Source: Malacoraja senta
Taxonomy: Eukaryota
Direction of reading: 5' to 3'
Length of the DNA stretch: 64,000 nucleotides
NCBI GenBank assembly: GCA_038087875.1
Contig: CM075990.1
Span: forward strand, 12,960,001 to 13,024,000
In this document: piece after piece, positions 1 through 13,707 of the stretch
Position numbering within the stretch: the stretch's first letter is position 1
How the letters are laid out: each line of letters starts with the position of its first letter
Notes under the pieces: generated by a model
The model's input: only the letters and a program-made list of their open reading frames with translations
The model's database searches: none
Told to the model about the DNA's origin: nothing
Program-made: the position numbers and the translations under genes

Positions 1-531
1 CACTAATGAGCCTCGGTGTGTTTTCTGTGGACAGAAAGGTGCCAGTAGACACGTCAATTAAAAATGAAGCCACATTGATCACAATGTATGTTCCCCGATA
101 TTAATAAATTTAAGTTTGTGGCCAATCTACTTTTAATTTAATAAGCGTATAACGGTATAAAATCAAATTAAAATTCTAAAACATTGAAAATCTGGTTTTT
201 GTTAACTTATTTGAGATGCTGGTACACTGCACCAGTGTATACTGTCACACCAAGGCAATGATGAACTCATGCACAAACCTCTAGTGAACAATCCAGTACG
301 TGCTTCCCTGAAACAACTCCTTCTATGACAGAAGCACGTCTTTAATTATGTCATTATGGAAATGTAGTCATTAATGTTTGGATGATGTGCATGTGTGTGC
401 TGTACATGTTTATTCACACATGTGTCCTGTCACTGAAGGTTGTGTGTGTGTCGTTAGTAAACTGTATCATTATCAGGATGAGCATCATTATCAATTGTAA
501 TGTCATGATTAAGATGTGTTTTATTGTCACC

Positions 532-562
532 TGTGTGTGTATGTGTGTGTATGTGTGTGTGT

Positions 563-621
<59 letters not shown>

Positions 622-636
622 TGTGTCTGTGTGTGT

Positions 637-667
<31 letters not shown>

Positions 668-711
668 CGCGTGTGTGTGTGTGTGGTGTGTGTGTGTGTG
701 TGGTGTGTGGA

Positions 712-753
<42 letters not shown>

Positions 754-874
754 CGTGTGTGTGTCTGTGTCTGTGTGTGCGCGCGTGTGCGCGTGTGCGT
801 GTGTCTGTGTGTGTGTGTGTGTGTGCGCGCGTGTGCGTGTGTGTGTGTGTGTGGATGTGCGTGTGTGTGTGTGT

Positions 875-907
<33 letters not shown>

Positions 908-1198
908 ATGTGCGTGTGCGTGTGTCTGTGTGTGTGTGTGTGTGTGTGTGCGTGTGTGTGTCTGTGTCTGTGTGTGCGCGCGTGTGCGCGTGTGCGTGTG
1001 TCTGTGTGTGCGCGCGTGCGCGTGTGCGTGTGTGTGTGCGTGTGTGTGTCTGTGTCTGTGTGTGTGCGCGCGCGTGTGTGTGTGTGTGCGTGTGTGTGTG
1101 TGTGTGGTGTGTGTGTGTGTGTGTGTGTGTGTGGATGTGCGTGTGTGTGTGTGTGTTTGTGTGTGTGTGCGTGCGTGTGTGTGTCTGTGTCTGTGCGT

Positions 1199-1243
<45 letters not shown>

Positions 1244-1250
1244 TGTGCGT

Positions 1251-1297
<47 letters not shown>

Positions 1298-1388
1298 CGT
1301 GTGTGTGTCTGTGTCTGTGCGTGTGTCTGTGTGTGTGTGTGTGTGTGTGCGTGCGTGCGTGCGTGTGTGTGTGTGTGTGTGCGTGTGA
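532..1388. repeat. Compound (TG)n microsatellite with CG/TC/GG interruptions
   Basis: About 850 bp of mostly alternating TG; it is the source of the CV-rich ORFs. Confidence 0.97.
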
Positions 1389-1530
1389 TTAGCTACAATG
1401 TATAATTATTTATACCTGGGCCATAATTCTGGTTTTTTAAATGAGAACAGGTTTGTACACATGCTACCTGTGTTCAGTGAAAAAAAAACTGCAGATGCTG
1501 GAAATTTAAAACAATCCACAACAAAAGTTA

Positions 1531-1845
1531 AGGCGTCACGGTGGCGTAGCGGTATAGTTACGCCCCGAGAGCGCCAGAGACCGGGGTTCGATCCTGACTA
1601 ATGATGCTGTCTGTACGGAGTTTACACGTTCTCCCCGTGACCTGCGTGGGTTTTTTTACCTGAGATCTTCAGTTTCCTCCCACTCCAAAGACGTACAGGT
1701 TTGTAGGTTAATTGGCTTGGTGTAAGTGTAAAAATTGTCCCGAGTGTGCGTAGGATAGTGTTAGTGTGCGTGGATCGTTGGTCGGCGCGGACTCGGTGGG
1801 CCGAAGGGCCAGTTTGCGCGCTGTATCTCTGAACTAAACTAAAAA
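1531..1845 (+). mobile_element. tRNA-derived V-SINE (HE1-like)
   Basis: A box ggtggcgtagcggta, B box ggttcgatcc, V-core (gtctgtacggagttt...ttcctcccactccaaagacgtacagg) and (taaac)n tail. Confidence 0.85.
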
Positions 1846-2067
1846 ACAGAAAACGCCGGAAGTACTCAGCTGGTCACATTACGTCTTTGGGAAGAGAAAC
1901 AGAGTTCACCTTTCATCAGAAAGTGTGGCGAAAAGTCTCTGACCTGAAACCTGATCTCCGTTTCTCTTCGCACAGATGTGGCCTGACCTGCTGAGCATTT
2001 CCAGCATTCGTTGGCTTTTTGCTTCTTGCATTGTGTGGCTGGGTTGGTGTGTGACACCATGACTGAC

Positions 2068-2182
2068 CTGTGCTGTAGCTTCTTGCGGCTGATGCACATG
2101 GCCTTCCTCTGGCCCTGGGAGATGCACACCTTGTGTCGACTGCACTTCACCTTCTGACACGGGTCCTTGGTGGGATCCAATG
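2068..2182 (-). CDS. SPOCK2: SPOCK2-like 115-nt exon, follistatin-like N-terminal domain
   Basis: ttctccccgcag|CA TTG GAT CCC... gives (A)LDPTKDPCQKVKCSRHKVCISQGQRKAMCISRKKLQH-R, then donor gtcagt. Nearly identical to SPOCK2 ALDTTKDPCQKVKCSRHKVCIAQGYQRAMCISRKKLEHR as I recall it. Confidence 0.95.
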
Positions 2183-2429
2183 CTGCGGGGAGAATCGCAC
2201 AACAGCTACTTCCATATTACAGCAAAATGGCGTAGATCAATCCTGGCATTTCTCTCCTTTTCAGAAGTTGATACCATGATGCAAACACCCAGGCCCAGTG
2301 CTCTTCCATCATTCAGCCAGCCTGCTCTCCACCTCCTATTCATTCTAACCAAGGACTCATAGCCAGCTTCTTGCCCCCAGTCCTAATCTCAGGGCGGGCA
2401 TGAGCTGACATCAAGTGGCTGACAATAGG

Positions 2430-2850
2430 AAAACATAGAAAACATAGAAAATAGGTGCAGGAGTAGGCCATTCGGCCCTTCGAGCCTGCACCGCCATTCA
2501 ATATGCTCATGGCTGATCATCCAACTCAGTATCCCGTATCTGCCTTCTCTCCATACCCCCTGATCCCTTTAGCCACAAGGGCCACATCTAACTCCCTCTT
2601 AAATATAGCCAATGAACTGGCGTCAACTACCCTCTGTGGCAGAGAGTTCCAGAGATTCACCACTCTCTGTGTGAAAAAGTTTTTCCTCATCTCGGTCTTA
2701 AAGGATTTCCCCCTTATCCTTAAGCTGTGACCCCTTGTCCTGGACTTCCCCAACATCGGGAACAATCTTCCTGCATCTAGCCTGTCCAACCCCATAAGAA
2801 TTTTGTACGTTTCTATAAGAATTTTGTACGTTTCTATAAGATCCCCTCTC
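2430..2850 (-). mobile_element. CR1 LINE 3' fragment
   Basis: Encodes GDLIETYKI...KNFFTQRVVNLWNSLP and has a (catagaaaa)n tail. Contains an internal 21-bp tandem duplication (LIETYKI twice). Confidence 0.9.
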
Positions 2851-2944
2851 AATCCCCTCTCAAGAAATATGGCCTATGTAGCAACGTGAGCTGAGTGTGT
2901 GGGCAGCAGGAGATGGGTTCCAGCCTGGTCACCGACATTAAAAG

Positions 2945-3345
2945 CAAAGATCCCATAGCGAGCAAGATAGACCACTCGCAGAAAAAGACGTAGTACGGTC
3001 ATGGGTAGATTCATGGGTAGTTTTCGGCCCCATTTCCATAAAACCGGCTTCCATCTCCGCAACAAAGATCCCATAGCGGAGCAAAGATACTAGTGCGGAG
3101 ACGGAAGCCGGTTACGGAAACATCCTTGTAAAAATAAAAGTTCTTTGGTAAAAATCTTCTCCTCATTTTCAGAATTATAATGAATTAACACAAACTGTTC
3201 CCCCGCAACGTTGATTACACTGCGAGTCGGGTCGGGTCGGGTTACTGAAATGGATGAAAAAAAGGCCCACGTTCTGTTGCGTACTACACGTCAGCCCATT
3301 GCATATAGAAACAGTGGTCTATCTTGCTCTGCTATAGGATCTTTG
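2945..3345. mobile_element. Non-autonomous DNA transposon (MITE) with CAAAGATCC.. TIRs and 8-bp TSD (P- or hAT-like)
   Basis: caaagatcccatagcgagcaagatagaccact ... agtggtctatcttgctctgctataggatctttg. attaaaag is duplicated at 2937-2944 and 3346-3353. Confidence 0.85.
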
Positions 3346-4576
3346 ATTAAAAGCATGTGTGGGTGACACCAACTATTCATAGCCACCGCCTACTGAAGTC
3401 AACCTGTGTAAATGAGTGCATTTCAGGATTGGTGCTACTTGTATCGAACACCAGTCAGGAACCTCTCCCTTCCATTGCCCTTGCCTTTGCCCTTGCCCTC
3501 CAGGTTCAATTTAATTCCAATTAATATAATTATTAATGAATATAATATAATTTTAATATAATTGTAGTGTATAATGTAACATTATTAACAGTTAATATAT
3601 TTCACGTGCCATCTTATATTTTAACCTCTGAGACCCGCCGTAGTCATCTCTCAAAACAAGACTTCAAGTATTATTATCTACTAGACTAAGTGGGACCTGT
3701 GTGTTGGGGGCGGGAGGGGGGGGGGGGGAGGGGGCGTTGGGTGGAGTGTGTGGGTGAAGCGAGCACCACTCTCTCGCACACTCTCCTGTCCCCTCCACAT
3801 CCTCCTAGTCCTCTCCTCCCACCTTATTTTGATCAAGCTTCCACCCCCCTGCTCCCACACCCCATCCCAATCTCCTGGTCCGCTCCTGATGTCAGTAAGT
3901 GGTGGCAGAGGGCAGGGTGGAGGGTAGCTGGAGTGGTGGAGAAGGGATCCCAGCCCTGCCACCGGGGGAATTGTTTGCACATGGCTCCCATTTGAACAAC
4001 AGGATTTATGCTGGCCAGGCAGTATCTCCGGAGAAAAAGGCTGGTTGACGTTTCGGGTCGGAACCCTTCCTTCAGATTTTCCTTAGACCTCAAACGTCAC
4101 CCATCCTTTCTCTCGGGAGATGCTGCCTGACCCGCTGAGTAGCTCAGGCTTTTTGTGTTTATCCTCTCTCTTCTGTCCCTCTCTTCCTCCTCTAGCCTCT
4201 GTAAACTCTCTTTTCACTGGCTTCACCCTCAATGACTCCCTTCGACATTAACTGCGGGTACATTTCAAGCCGTGGTTACCCACTTGGAGCTTTGAGGTCT
4301 GTCCGTGGGTGAGTGCTGTGGTATCATTGACAGAAACCTTGCAACTGAAGCATTGACCGCTAATTATTCCAGCTTTAGTTCTGTAGCAGGCAATATATTT
4401 TCCAGGGTCTGGCTCCCTCTAGGGGATCTAACTCTTCGACAGATGAGAAAATGGACAAAGTGGTTTTTATACCCGCATTTGATCCTACAAAGACACAGAT
4501 CAATACTTACATAGGCACGCCTTTCTGAGATTGTATTACGAATCTACAAAGAGCTTAGCATTATACCAGAGCAGTA

Positions 4577-4890
4577 GGGTGGCACGGTGGCGCAGCAGTA
4601 GAGTTACTGCCTTACAGCGCCAGAGACCCAGGTTCGATCCTGACCATGGGTGTCGTCTGTACAGAGTTCGCACGTTCTCCCCTTGACCTGCGTGGGTTTT
4701 TCCCGGGTGCTCCGGTTTCCTCCCACCCTCCAAAGACGGACATGTTTGTAGGTAAATTGGCTTCTGTAATAATTGTAAATTGTTCCAAGTGTGTAGGATA
4801 GTGCTCGTGTACGTGGATCGTTGGTTGGTGCGGACTCGATGGGCTGAAGGGCCTGTTTCTGCTCTGTATCTCTAAACTAAACTAAAACCA
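4577..4890 (+). mobile_element. tRNA-derived V-SINE (HE1-like)
   Basis: A and B boxes, V-core and taaac tail. Confidence 0.85.
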
Positions 4891-5862
4891 AACTTGAAGG
4901 AATGTTCTGTAATGGGCCTTAACTTTAAACTCTGGCAACATTCCACAAAGAACTCATGATATTCACAGTATGAAACGTAATCATCTCACAATGACTGCCT
5001 TCTAGAAGGTTCTGAGCCCTTGGCTTTCTGCCAGGGTTCAAGTATAAGTGTGTCTGAGGCATGCCTTGTGATGCCTGAGTCACATTCTGGTCAGGAGAGC
5101 AGTACAAGATGTTACAAGCTCTTGCTGTTGGCAACAGCTCCAAGAGGCAGATTAATATTTTCACACAGTGAATTTATGGAATGAAAGGGCAGTGGAACTA
5201 GATTCGGGTTTGGACGAATACCTTGAGGGGGAGGATAGTAAAGGTCATAAAAGTTACGGGGTGAGGGGGGGGAGGATAGACACAAAACTGGAGTAACTCA
5301 GTGAGACAGCCAGCGTCTCTGGATAGAAGGAATGGGTGATGTTTCTGGTCTAGCCCCTTCTTCGGGGGAGTTTTTTTTTTTAAGGAGCTGAGGAGAGCGA
5401 CCGTTTGAAAACCTTTTCCAAAGATCCTGCATGGACGCAATGGGCAAGATTTTAAAGATAGACACAAAATGCTGGAGTAACTCAGCAGGTCAGGCAGCAT
5501 CTCTGGAGGAAAGGGATAGGTGACGTTTCGGGTCGGGACCCTGCAAGATTCTATGACTGTTCATAAGGTCAAGAGAGACAAAAATGCTGGAGTAACTCAG
5601 CAGGACAGGCAGCGTCTCTGGAGAGAAGGAATGGGCGACGTTTCGGGTCGAGACCCTTCTCGCTGAGCTTCTCCAGCATTTTTGTCTACGTTCGATTTTC
5701 CCAGCATCTGCAGTTCTTTCTTAAATATAAGATCAAGTGACATTGGAGCAGAATTAGGCCAATTGGCCCATTGAGTCTGCTCTGCCATTCAAAACTGGCT
5801 AATCTATTTTCCCCTCCCAACCCCATTCTCCTGTCTCTCCCCATAACCTTTTGACACCCTTA

Positions 5863-6455
5863 CGGGCCTGTCCCACTTGGCTGTCTTTCAAGTGGCATTT
5901 ACGCGACCTGCTACCGTGCTGGTAGCGCGTGGGTACCGTGTGGGTAGCACGTGGTTAGCGCGGGACGGGCACATGGAGTGGTGTGGAGTGTGGAGTGGCG
6001 TGAAGGAGTGTAGATTTCGTCTAGCACGAAATCTTCGCACGCCACCAGCCTGTCGCGTAACTGGCGGTCAAAGTGGGACAGGCCCAAGACCCTGGAGCGA
6101 CGCAACGTCTCACCTCCAACAGCAGCAGAAGCAGGCAAAAGATCGCCGAACTCAGCCTGGGGCTCACGGCCGTTGCGGTCCGGATCCGCCCCCACTTCTA
6201 CTCCCAGAGCGGGGCCAAGAAAATTGAAGACAGACACAAAATGCTGGAGTAACTCAGCGGGACCGGCAGCATCTCTGGAGAGAAGGAATGGGTGATGTTT
6301 CGGGTCGAGACTCTTCTTCAGTCTATCTTCAAATGACGTCACGCGCTCCAGACGGCTGTGCGGACGCATGATGACGTGAGCGACTCTCGCGGGACCGTCG
6401 CACGTCCGTCACTACCGGCCTGTCGCGGAAGTGACGGCCAAGTGGGACAGGCCCT
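5863..6455. mobile_element. PIF/Harbinger-like MITE (GGGCCTGTCCCACT TIR, TTA TSD) inserted in a CR1 tail; contains a second right TIR and a Penelope-derived piece
   Basis: tta|cgggcctgtcccacttgg ... ccaagtgggacaggccct|tta. Removing it restores the CR1 tail gacaccctta-ctaatcaa. Confidence 0.82.
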
Positions 6456-7882
6456 TTACTAATCAAAAGCCTATCGAGCTCCAGAGGTCAACACGCGTTG
6501 CCATAGCAACAGGTTTAACTTGGTTAATCATGTCACGTGTATTCCTCACCTTGCTAACCAGATCACCCATTGCCCCAGGGATAAATACTAATCATATCCC
6601 TGCCTGGCTCAACATTCTCTGGGTTGACTGAAGACGCTACTATAACAGGGGGTGGGGGTGGAGTCAAGGTCCTTTGAGGAACGCCAAGTATTGCGGCCCT
6701 CATTCTAAGATCTTCGGTTGCTGGATACAAAGCAGCCACTGACAAAGATTCTCAACCAGTAAAAATTCTGTGACTGTGGATGTACAAGCACCCCCCATCC
6801 CCTCAACAATCCCTTTAACAAAACAGAGACCGCACTGTATTCTGACACAGAAATAGACCTTTCAGCCCATCTAGCCCATACCAATGACAGAGCTCCATAT
6901 GACTCTACCTGCTCTGATATTTTATTTAAAGGGAGACACAATACGCTGGAGTAACTCAGCGGGACAGGCAGCATCTCTGGAGAGAAGGACCGGGCGACCT
7001 TTCGGGTCGAGACCCCTCTTCAGACTGAGAGTCAGGGGAGAGGGAGACGCAGAAATATGGAAGGGTAAGGTGTGAAAACATCAAAGGAAGAGGACAAGGA
7101 AAATGTAGAATAGATCATTGTTCGCCGGGGAAGGTGACAATGAGGCTTACAAAGATAAAATTTAATCAGAGGATCGTCATTCCGTCTCCCTCTCATGTCC
7201 TGCCCCTTCAAACGCACCGATGCACACATCTCCCATGTTCATGATTTCCACATTCTCACCACTTCTTGGATAAATAAGTTCCACCTAAGCTTCTTTATGG
7301 ATTTGTCTTACGCTCTGAGCTGTTCATTCTCACTTTCCTCGTGTTGTTTTACACCTCTGAGTGTCACTGCGTAGCTGCAAGGGACAAAACGCCTTACCCC
7401 ACGGACAATTTCACACACTTGACTGTGTGATGCGTCAAGTCATGGCTTAACCCCCCTGAGAGAGTGAGCAGTTTTTTTTCTTAAGGTCAACCTTGTTTTG
7501 CAGTGAAACCACTGGTGCGTAAAGGGAATTGCCAATACCCCAGGGGTGAGCCGGGAGTTGTCAGTATTACACACAGTATTACCACAGTATTACACGTGGC
7601 TGTTGAGATCCAACCCAGGAGAAAACGCTGGAGTAGATTACAGAAGTCTGGTTCATCAGGTCACAGACAAGTAAGACGTGAAGACCTTGTAAGGAAGCTA
7701 CCAAGAGACGCAGATTGGTTAAGTAACTGAGCAAAGATGCGGTGAATGGAGCGTAATATGGTGAACGTGACATTGTACATTACAGCAGGGAAAATAAAAC
7801 ACATGTTGAGAGAATGCAGAGGACTGAGGTGCGGTGTGACCTGGGTATCCAAGTATATGATTCAATGAAGGCTAGTGTACGT

Positions 7883-8092
7883 AGGGTGGCATGGTGGCGT
7901 AGCGGTAGAGCTGCTACCCTACAGCGCCAGAGACACGGGTTCGATCCTGACTCGGGGTGCCTGTCTGTACGGAGTTTGTACCTTCTCCCTGTGACCTGCG
8001 TGGGTTTTGTCCGAGATCTTCGGTTTCCTCCCACACTCCACAGACGTACAGGTTTGTAGGTTAATTGGCTTGGTATAAATGTAAAATTGTCC

Positions 8093-8159
<67 letters not shown>

Positions 8160-8245
8160 GCTTGTGTTAATGTGTGGGGATCGCTGGCTGGCGCGGACTC
8201 AATGGGCCTAAGGGGCTGTTTCCGTGCTGTATCTCTAAACTAAAA
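7883..8245 (+). mobile_element. V-SINE with an internal (TG)~30 expansion
   Basis: SINE head, core and tail; the TG run is at 8097-8157. Confidence 0.85.
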
Positions 8246-10479
8246 GTCCACGGTTTTGTATTTCCGACGATAGGAGGCCATTCAGCCCATTGAGAACCTG
8301 CCAGCTCTCAGGGCAATCTCATCATTTCTCCTTCTCTACTTATTTCCATGTAACATATTCCCTCGCAAATGCTCATTAACCCCCCCCCCCTCCCTTGATT
8401 TTCTCAACATCTACATCTACAATTTGGGGGGTACTCACGAGCCAATTGCGACGGTATGTCAATACAGTGCGGCATAACTCTATTGGGCTCTTTGTAAGAA
8501 GAAGAATTTCACTGTGTTAGCACTTGGCACGTGGCCATGAGAGCATCATTGACCCATTGAACCTTGCATGCCTTTAGGATGTGGGAGGAACCCATGCAGT
8601 CACAGGGAAAACTTGCTAAATGCACACAGACACCAGCGGAGGTCAGGGTTCAACCCTAGTCACTGGAGCTGTGAAGCAGTGGCACTACCTGCTTCACCGC
8701 TGCAGGGCCCAAGGTAATTAGGAACGCTAACAAAATGTTGCTTCTTCCTACAAGAATTGAATGCAATAGAAAGGGGGAGGGATTTACCCATTACTTTGTG
8801 TAGGAAGGAACTGCAGATACTGGTTTATACCGAAGAGACACAAAAAGCTGGAATAACTCAGCAGGACAGGCAGCATCTCTGGAGAGAAACATTAATTTTG
8901 TGCTCACTTCCATCAACACTGTTACGGACACCTGTCACTACCACAGGCAGTCAGTCTGAAGACAAGGTGAAGACAGGTTTATCCCTGATCCCTACTTGCT
9001 CTGGACCTGGTCTGGTAACTATATCCTTCAATGAGTTGGATGATCAGCCATGATCATATTGAATGGCGGTGCAGGCTCGAAGGGCCGAATGGCCTACTCC
9101 TGCACCTATTTTCCATGTTTCTATGTTTCTAATGAGATACATGGAACTGCAAAAGCTGAAATCTTGAGCTAAATCTCTCCATCTTTCTCCTTACTACTTC
9201 AAACCTATCCTCCTGACCAAATTGTTAGTCTTAACACCTCGTTCTTTGTCCATCCATGGTCAGTTTTTCCCTGACCCATTTTCATGCCTATTAAGTGGCT
9301 GAAGGAACTTGTTATTAAACTCCCCTGGATAGTCTATCACCGCAGTGTATTTTCCTAAAGCGCATTAGCTCTCCGACTCTAGCCAAGTTGGACTGTTGCT
9401 AGTCTAAAAAGCATTACACTAAACATAGAAGCTGTCTAAAAGCCAGAGAGAAACCGTAGTCTAAAACCTTTAATGATTTCATTAAATAATCATTAAATGC
9501 TCACTAATGGCAGAGTTGCTGGGAATATATTTCCCATCCGAGATATTATAGATATTTAATGCATCTTTTCATATCCCTGTGCTGTCTGAAGAAATATATT
9601 CCTCTGCACGTCAGAAACTGAAGACCATTTCTGGTCCTCAGCAGTGTTAATATCTGGTAGCCACTCAAGTGACTGAGACACGATGGAGTTGACTCCTATT
9701 CCAGGGACCCCCGTCACAAAATCCAGTCCGTTGCTCCCACTGCATTACCGAGGAAATACTACATAGCAGGGTGTGAACTCATTTGGATAAAACACTAGTT
9801 GAGTCACATACCCTCACCACAACACTATTAAAAAAAAAGAACAGGGAGTTCTTCTCCAATATCTTGGCTATTATTTATCCTTTTTATTAAAAGTTGGCTG
9901 GTCCTCACCACACAAATTGGCTGCTGTGTTTGCCATATTACAACTACACGAGTCAACCGCCTCTCTTCTCTAAGTTTTCTAAACGTCTGGGCTCACAGAG
10001 GGCGGTGGGTTTGTGGATCGAGCTGCCAGAGGAGGTAGTAGAGGCAGATAGTATAATAACACTTGAAAGACCCTTGGACAGATACTTAGATAGGGAAGGT
10101 TTGGAGGGATAAAGGCAAAACGCAGGCAAATGGGACTAGCTTAAACAGGGCATCTTGGTCGGCATGGACGGGTTGGGCTGAAGGGCCTGTTTCCGTATTA
10201 GGGCCGAAGGGCTGTATGACTGTGACTCAGAAAGGCGAAGCTTCATTTGGCAGTACCGCTTCAGTGACTCTGGTTCCCATCTTGACCTCTGGTGCTCTCT
10301 CTGCGGAGTTTGCATGTCCTCCCTGTGACTGTGTGGGTTTTTGAAGTAGGGTTTGTCTAGATACTGCCTGACCTGCAGAGTCCATGCAAGATTGCAGCAT
10401 CTGCAGTTCCTGTGTCTTCCACTGTCTGGATTTGGGCTAAGACACTTCCATATTCAGAAAGATTTCTGTTCTTGGGAAA

Positions 10480-11215
10480 AACAATGAACTGCAGATACTG
10501 GTTTCCGAAATAAAAGACCCAAAGTGCTGGAGTAAATCAATGGCAAAGGCAGCATCTCTGGAGAACATGGATAGGTGTTGTTTTGGGATGGGACCCTTCT
10601 TCAGACTGATTATAAGGGGGGGGGGGAGAAGAAAGTTGGAAGGGTGTAGAGGTAAGACAAAGCCTGGCAGGCTTTGTCTTACAGGTGGTTGGACAAGGTG
10701 AGGGGGATATTTGATAGCCAGGTGGTTGGACAAATGCCAGAGATGAAAAGACAGAAGGTGTGAAACAAAAGGTTTGAAGAGTTGTGAATTGTGAATTGAG
10801 AGGAAAGGAAGTAGGTGGGAAGGGGAGAAATAGATGCAAGTCCAGGAGGGGTCCAGGGGAGATGGGAAGAGAATGGAATGAGGGGGGTTGTAATTACCTA
10901 AAATTGGAGAATTCAGTGTTCAGTTATAAACTATCCATGCGGAATATGAGGTGCTGTTCCTCCAGTTTGCAAGTGGCCTCACTCTGGCAATGGAGGAGGC
11001 CCAGGACAGAAAGGTCAGTATGTGAATGGGAAGAGGAGTTCAAATGATTAGCAACTGGGAGATTCAGAAACCCTTGCCTTCGCGATGCTAATGTTCAGCA
11101 GAATGGTCACCGAGTCTACGCTTGGTCTCCCGATGTGGAGGAGGACACATCGCGAACACCGGATGCAGTAGATGAGGTTAGAGGAGGTGCACGTGAACCT
11201 GTGTCTCACCTGGAA
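10480..11215 (-). mobile_element. Penelope-like element 3' part: decayed GIY-YIG endonuclease and pLTR
   Basis: Minus strand ~11205-11095 reads FTCTSSNLIYCIRCSRCVLLHIG.TKRRLGD. It is followed by the family terminus with CTGAAGAAGGGTCC..AAAAC. Confidence 0.8.
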
Positions 11216-11699
11216 GATCTACTGAGTACTTCCAGCATTTCTGTTTTTGTTTCATATTAATCAGCATCTGCAGGGTTTAAATAAAAAGTCTGGTTATCCC
11301 AGTCAGCATTTATCTCAAAATCAGTGTACTGGATGCAGACAGTCTGGTCTTCACCATGTTGTTCAGTGTGGGAGCTTGCTGGCCTGCAAACATCCTGCTG
11401 TAATTCTGGCTGCACGAGTCTCTGCATCTCAAAAGTATTTAATTGCCTTCAAAGTGCTCTGGGATATCCCAAAGTCACAAAGTGCATTGAGCAATGCAAC
11501 TTTGCTTTTACAAATTCACACTAATTTTACAAAAGTTCGATTTTCAAAAGTGCCAGAGCACTCTTAATACTTTCATGGAACATATTACTGTCAGGGTCAG
11601 ATAATAATTCAATGTTCACCCTGGCTAAACTGGCAATTAGGAGTCTTTCTTATTGATGTGGGCCTGTTGTTGATGAAGGTCTTGCAGGATTGAAGTCAT

Positions 11700-12455
11700 G
11701 GAAACAGAAAATAGGTGGAGTAGGCCATTCGGCCCTTCGAGCCAGCACTGCCATTCGATATGATCATGGCTGATCATCCAAAATCAGTACCCCGTTCCTG
11801 CTTTCCCACCATATCCCTCGATTCCGTTAGCCCTACGAGCTAAATCTAACGTTGTTCAAGAAGGAACTGCAGATGCTGGAAAATCGAAGGTAGACAAAAG
11901 TGCTGGAGAAACTCAGCGGGTGCGGCAGCATCTATGGAGCGAAGGAAATAGGCAACGTTTCGGCTCGAAACCCTTCTTCAGACAGATTCAGAGAGCTAAA
12001 TCTCTCTTGAAAACATCAAATGAATTGGCCTACACTGCCTTCTGTGGCAGTGAATTCCACAGATTCACAACTCTCTGGGTGAAAAGGATTTTCCTCATCT
12101 CAGTCCTAAATGGCCTATTCCTTATATTTAAACTGTGACCCCTGGTTCTGGACTCATCCAACATGGGGAACATTTATCCTGCATCTAGCCTGCCCAATCC
12201 TTTAAGAATTTTATATGTTTCTATAAGATTCCCGCTCATCCTTCTAAATTCCAGTGAATACAAGACCTGTCGACCCATTCTTTCATCATATGTCATTCCC
12301 ACCATCCCGGGAATTAACCTGGTGAACCTACGCTGCACTCCCTCAATAGCAATAATGTCCTTCCTCAAATTAGGAGACCAAAACTGCACACAATACTCCA
12401 GGTGTGGTCTCACCAGGACAACTGCAGTAGGACCTCCTTGCTCCTAAACTCAAAT
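11700..12455 (-). mobile_element. CR1 LINE 3' fragment interrupted by a Penelope terminus (~11850-11990)
   Basis: Encodes RPHLEYCVQFWSPNLRKDI..VQRRFTRLIPG. gagctaaatct is repeated on both sides of the insert. Confidence 0.88.
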
Positions 12456-13707
12456 CCTGTATCAACTTTGTATCAAAATCCAGAAGACTCTCTCTTGGAA
12501 CACATTGAGTTTGCATTTCCATAGCGCCTTTCATATTCAGTGCACTCTACTTCTGCATTGAGGTCATGGGAGACATCGGACAATTTGTAACTAGAGGAGT
12601 AGACCGTGATAACTGGTTTCACTGCTGTTCCTTGGAGGATAATTATCAGCCAGGACAACAGTGAACAGAGCCTGGCTTTCTCTTTTCAAAACTGTGCCGT
12701 GGGAATTTTTATGACGCATAAGAAAACAGAAATGGACAGAAAGAACTGCAGATGTTGGAATCTTGAGCAAAACACAAAGTGCTGGAGGAACAGTGCCAGT
12801 CACCGAGTTTCTTCAGCACAGAGAACAGGTTGGGGGTGGATTTAACACCAAAACATAACGTGCTGGAGGACACAAAATGCTGGAGTAACTCAGCGGGACA
12901 GGAAGCATCTCTGGAGAGAAGGAATGCGTGACGTTTCGGGTCGAGTCCCTTCTTCAGATTGATGTCAGGGGAGTGGGCGGGACAGAGATAGAATGTAGTC
13001 GGAGACAGTAAGACTGGTGGGAGAACTGGGAAGAGGGAGGGGATGGAGAGAGAGGAAAAACGTGCTGGAAGAACTGAGCAGGCAGGGCAGCATCTGTGGA
13101 AGGGACAAGCAGACCTACACAGATGTTGCCTGACCCACTGAGTTCCTCCAGCACCTTGCTTCTTGTTCAAGATTCCTGCACCGGCAGTCTCTGTGGTTTA
13201 ACACCTTGTCTGAGTGACTGAATCACTAACATTGCAGCACTCCCTCTAAACCTCGCTGAGATGTAGGCCTGGATCATCACAAGGTTCTCCAATCAACAAG
13301 CTTCTGCCCCAGAGGCACACAGGCTATCGAATTTCATACCTCTAGTTTCCCTCTCCCCTGACTCGGAGTCTGGAGGAAGGTTTCACCTAACGTCACCTAT
13401 TCCTTCTCTCCGGAGATGCCGCCAGGCCCACTGAGTTACTCCAGCATTTTGTGTCTATCCTCGGCACAGACTATGATCTATAGGATCCGTGGCACCGAGA
13501 CAATGAGGTGGAATCAAAAGGTTTCGGTCAGAGAGAGGAAAAGAGACTGGTAGATAGATTATTAATAAGTAAATGATCTTCTAAGATAATCAATGCTTGC
13601 CGCTGGGTCTGTCCATAATTCTTCCCAAGAACGTCAGTGAAGATCTGTGCATGGAGCAGCAACTTGTCCTGCAGCGCCCATTTGGATTTCATCGATTAAT
13701 TTATTGG

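Noticed and set aside
382..1405. Long Cys/Val-rich ORFs (290-336 aa)
   Set aside because: Translation of a stop-free TG microsatellite.
1866..2067. C-terminal extension of ORF 1866..2180 beyond ...LQHR
   Set aside because: Read-through past the gtcagt donor into intron and Penelope-derived sequence.
3640..3648. GATGACTAC (DDY) on the minus strand as a candidate SPOCK exon
   Set aside because: No AG immediately upstream and the following residues do not match. The exon at 24205-24250 fits much better.
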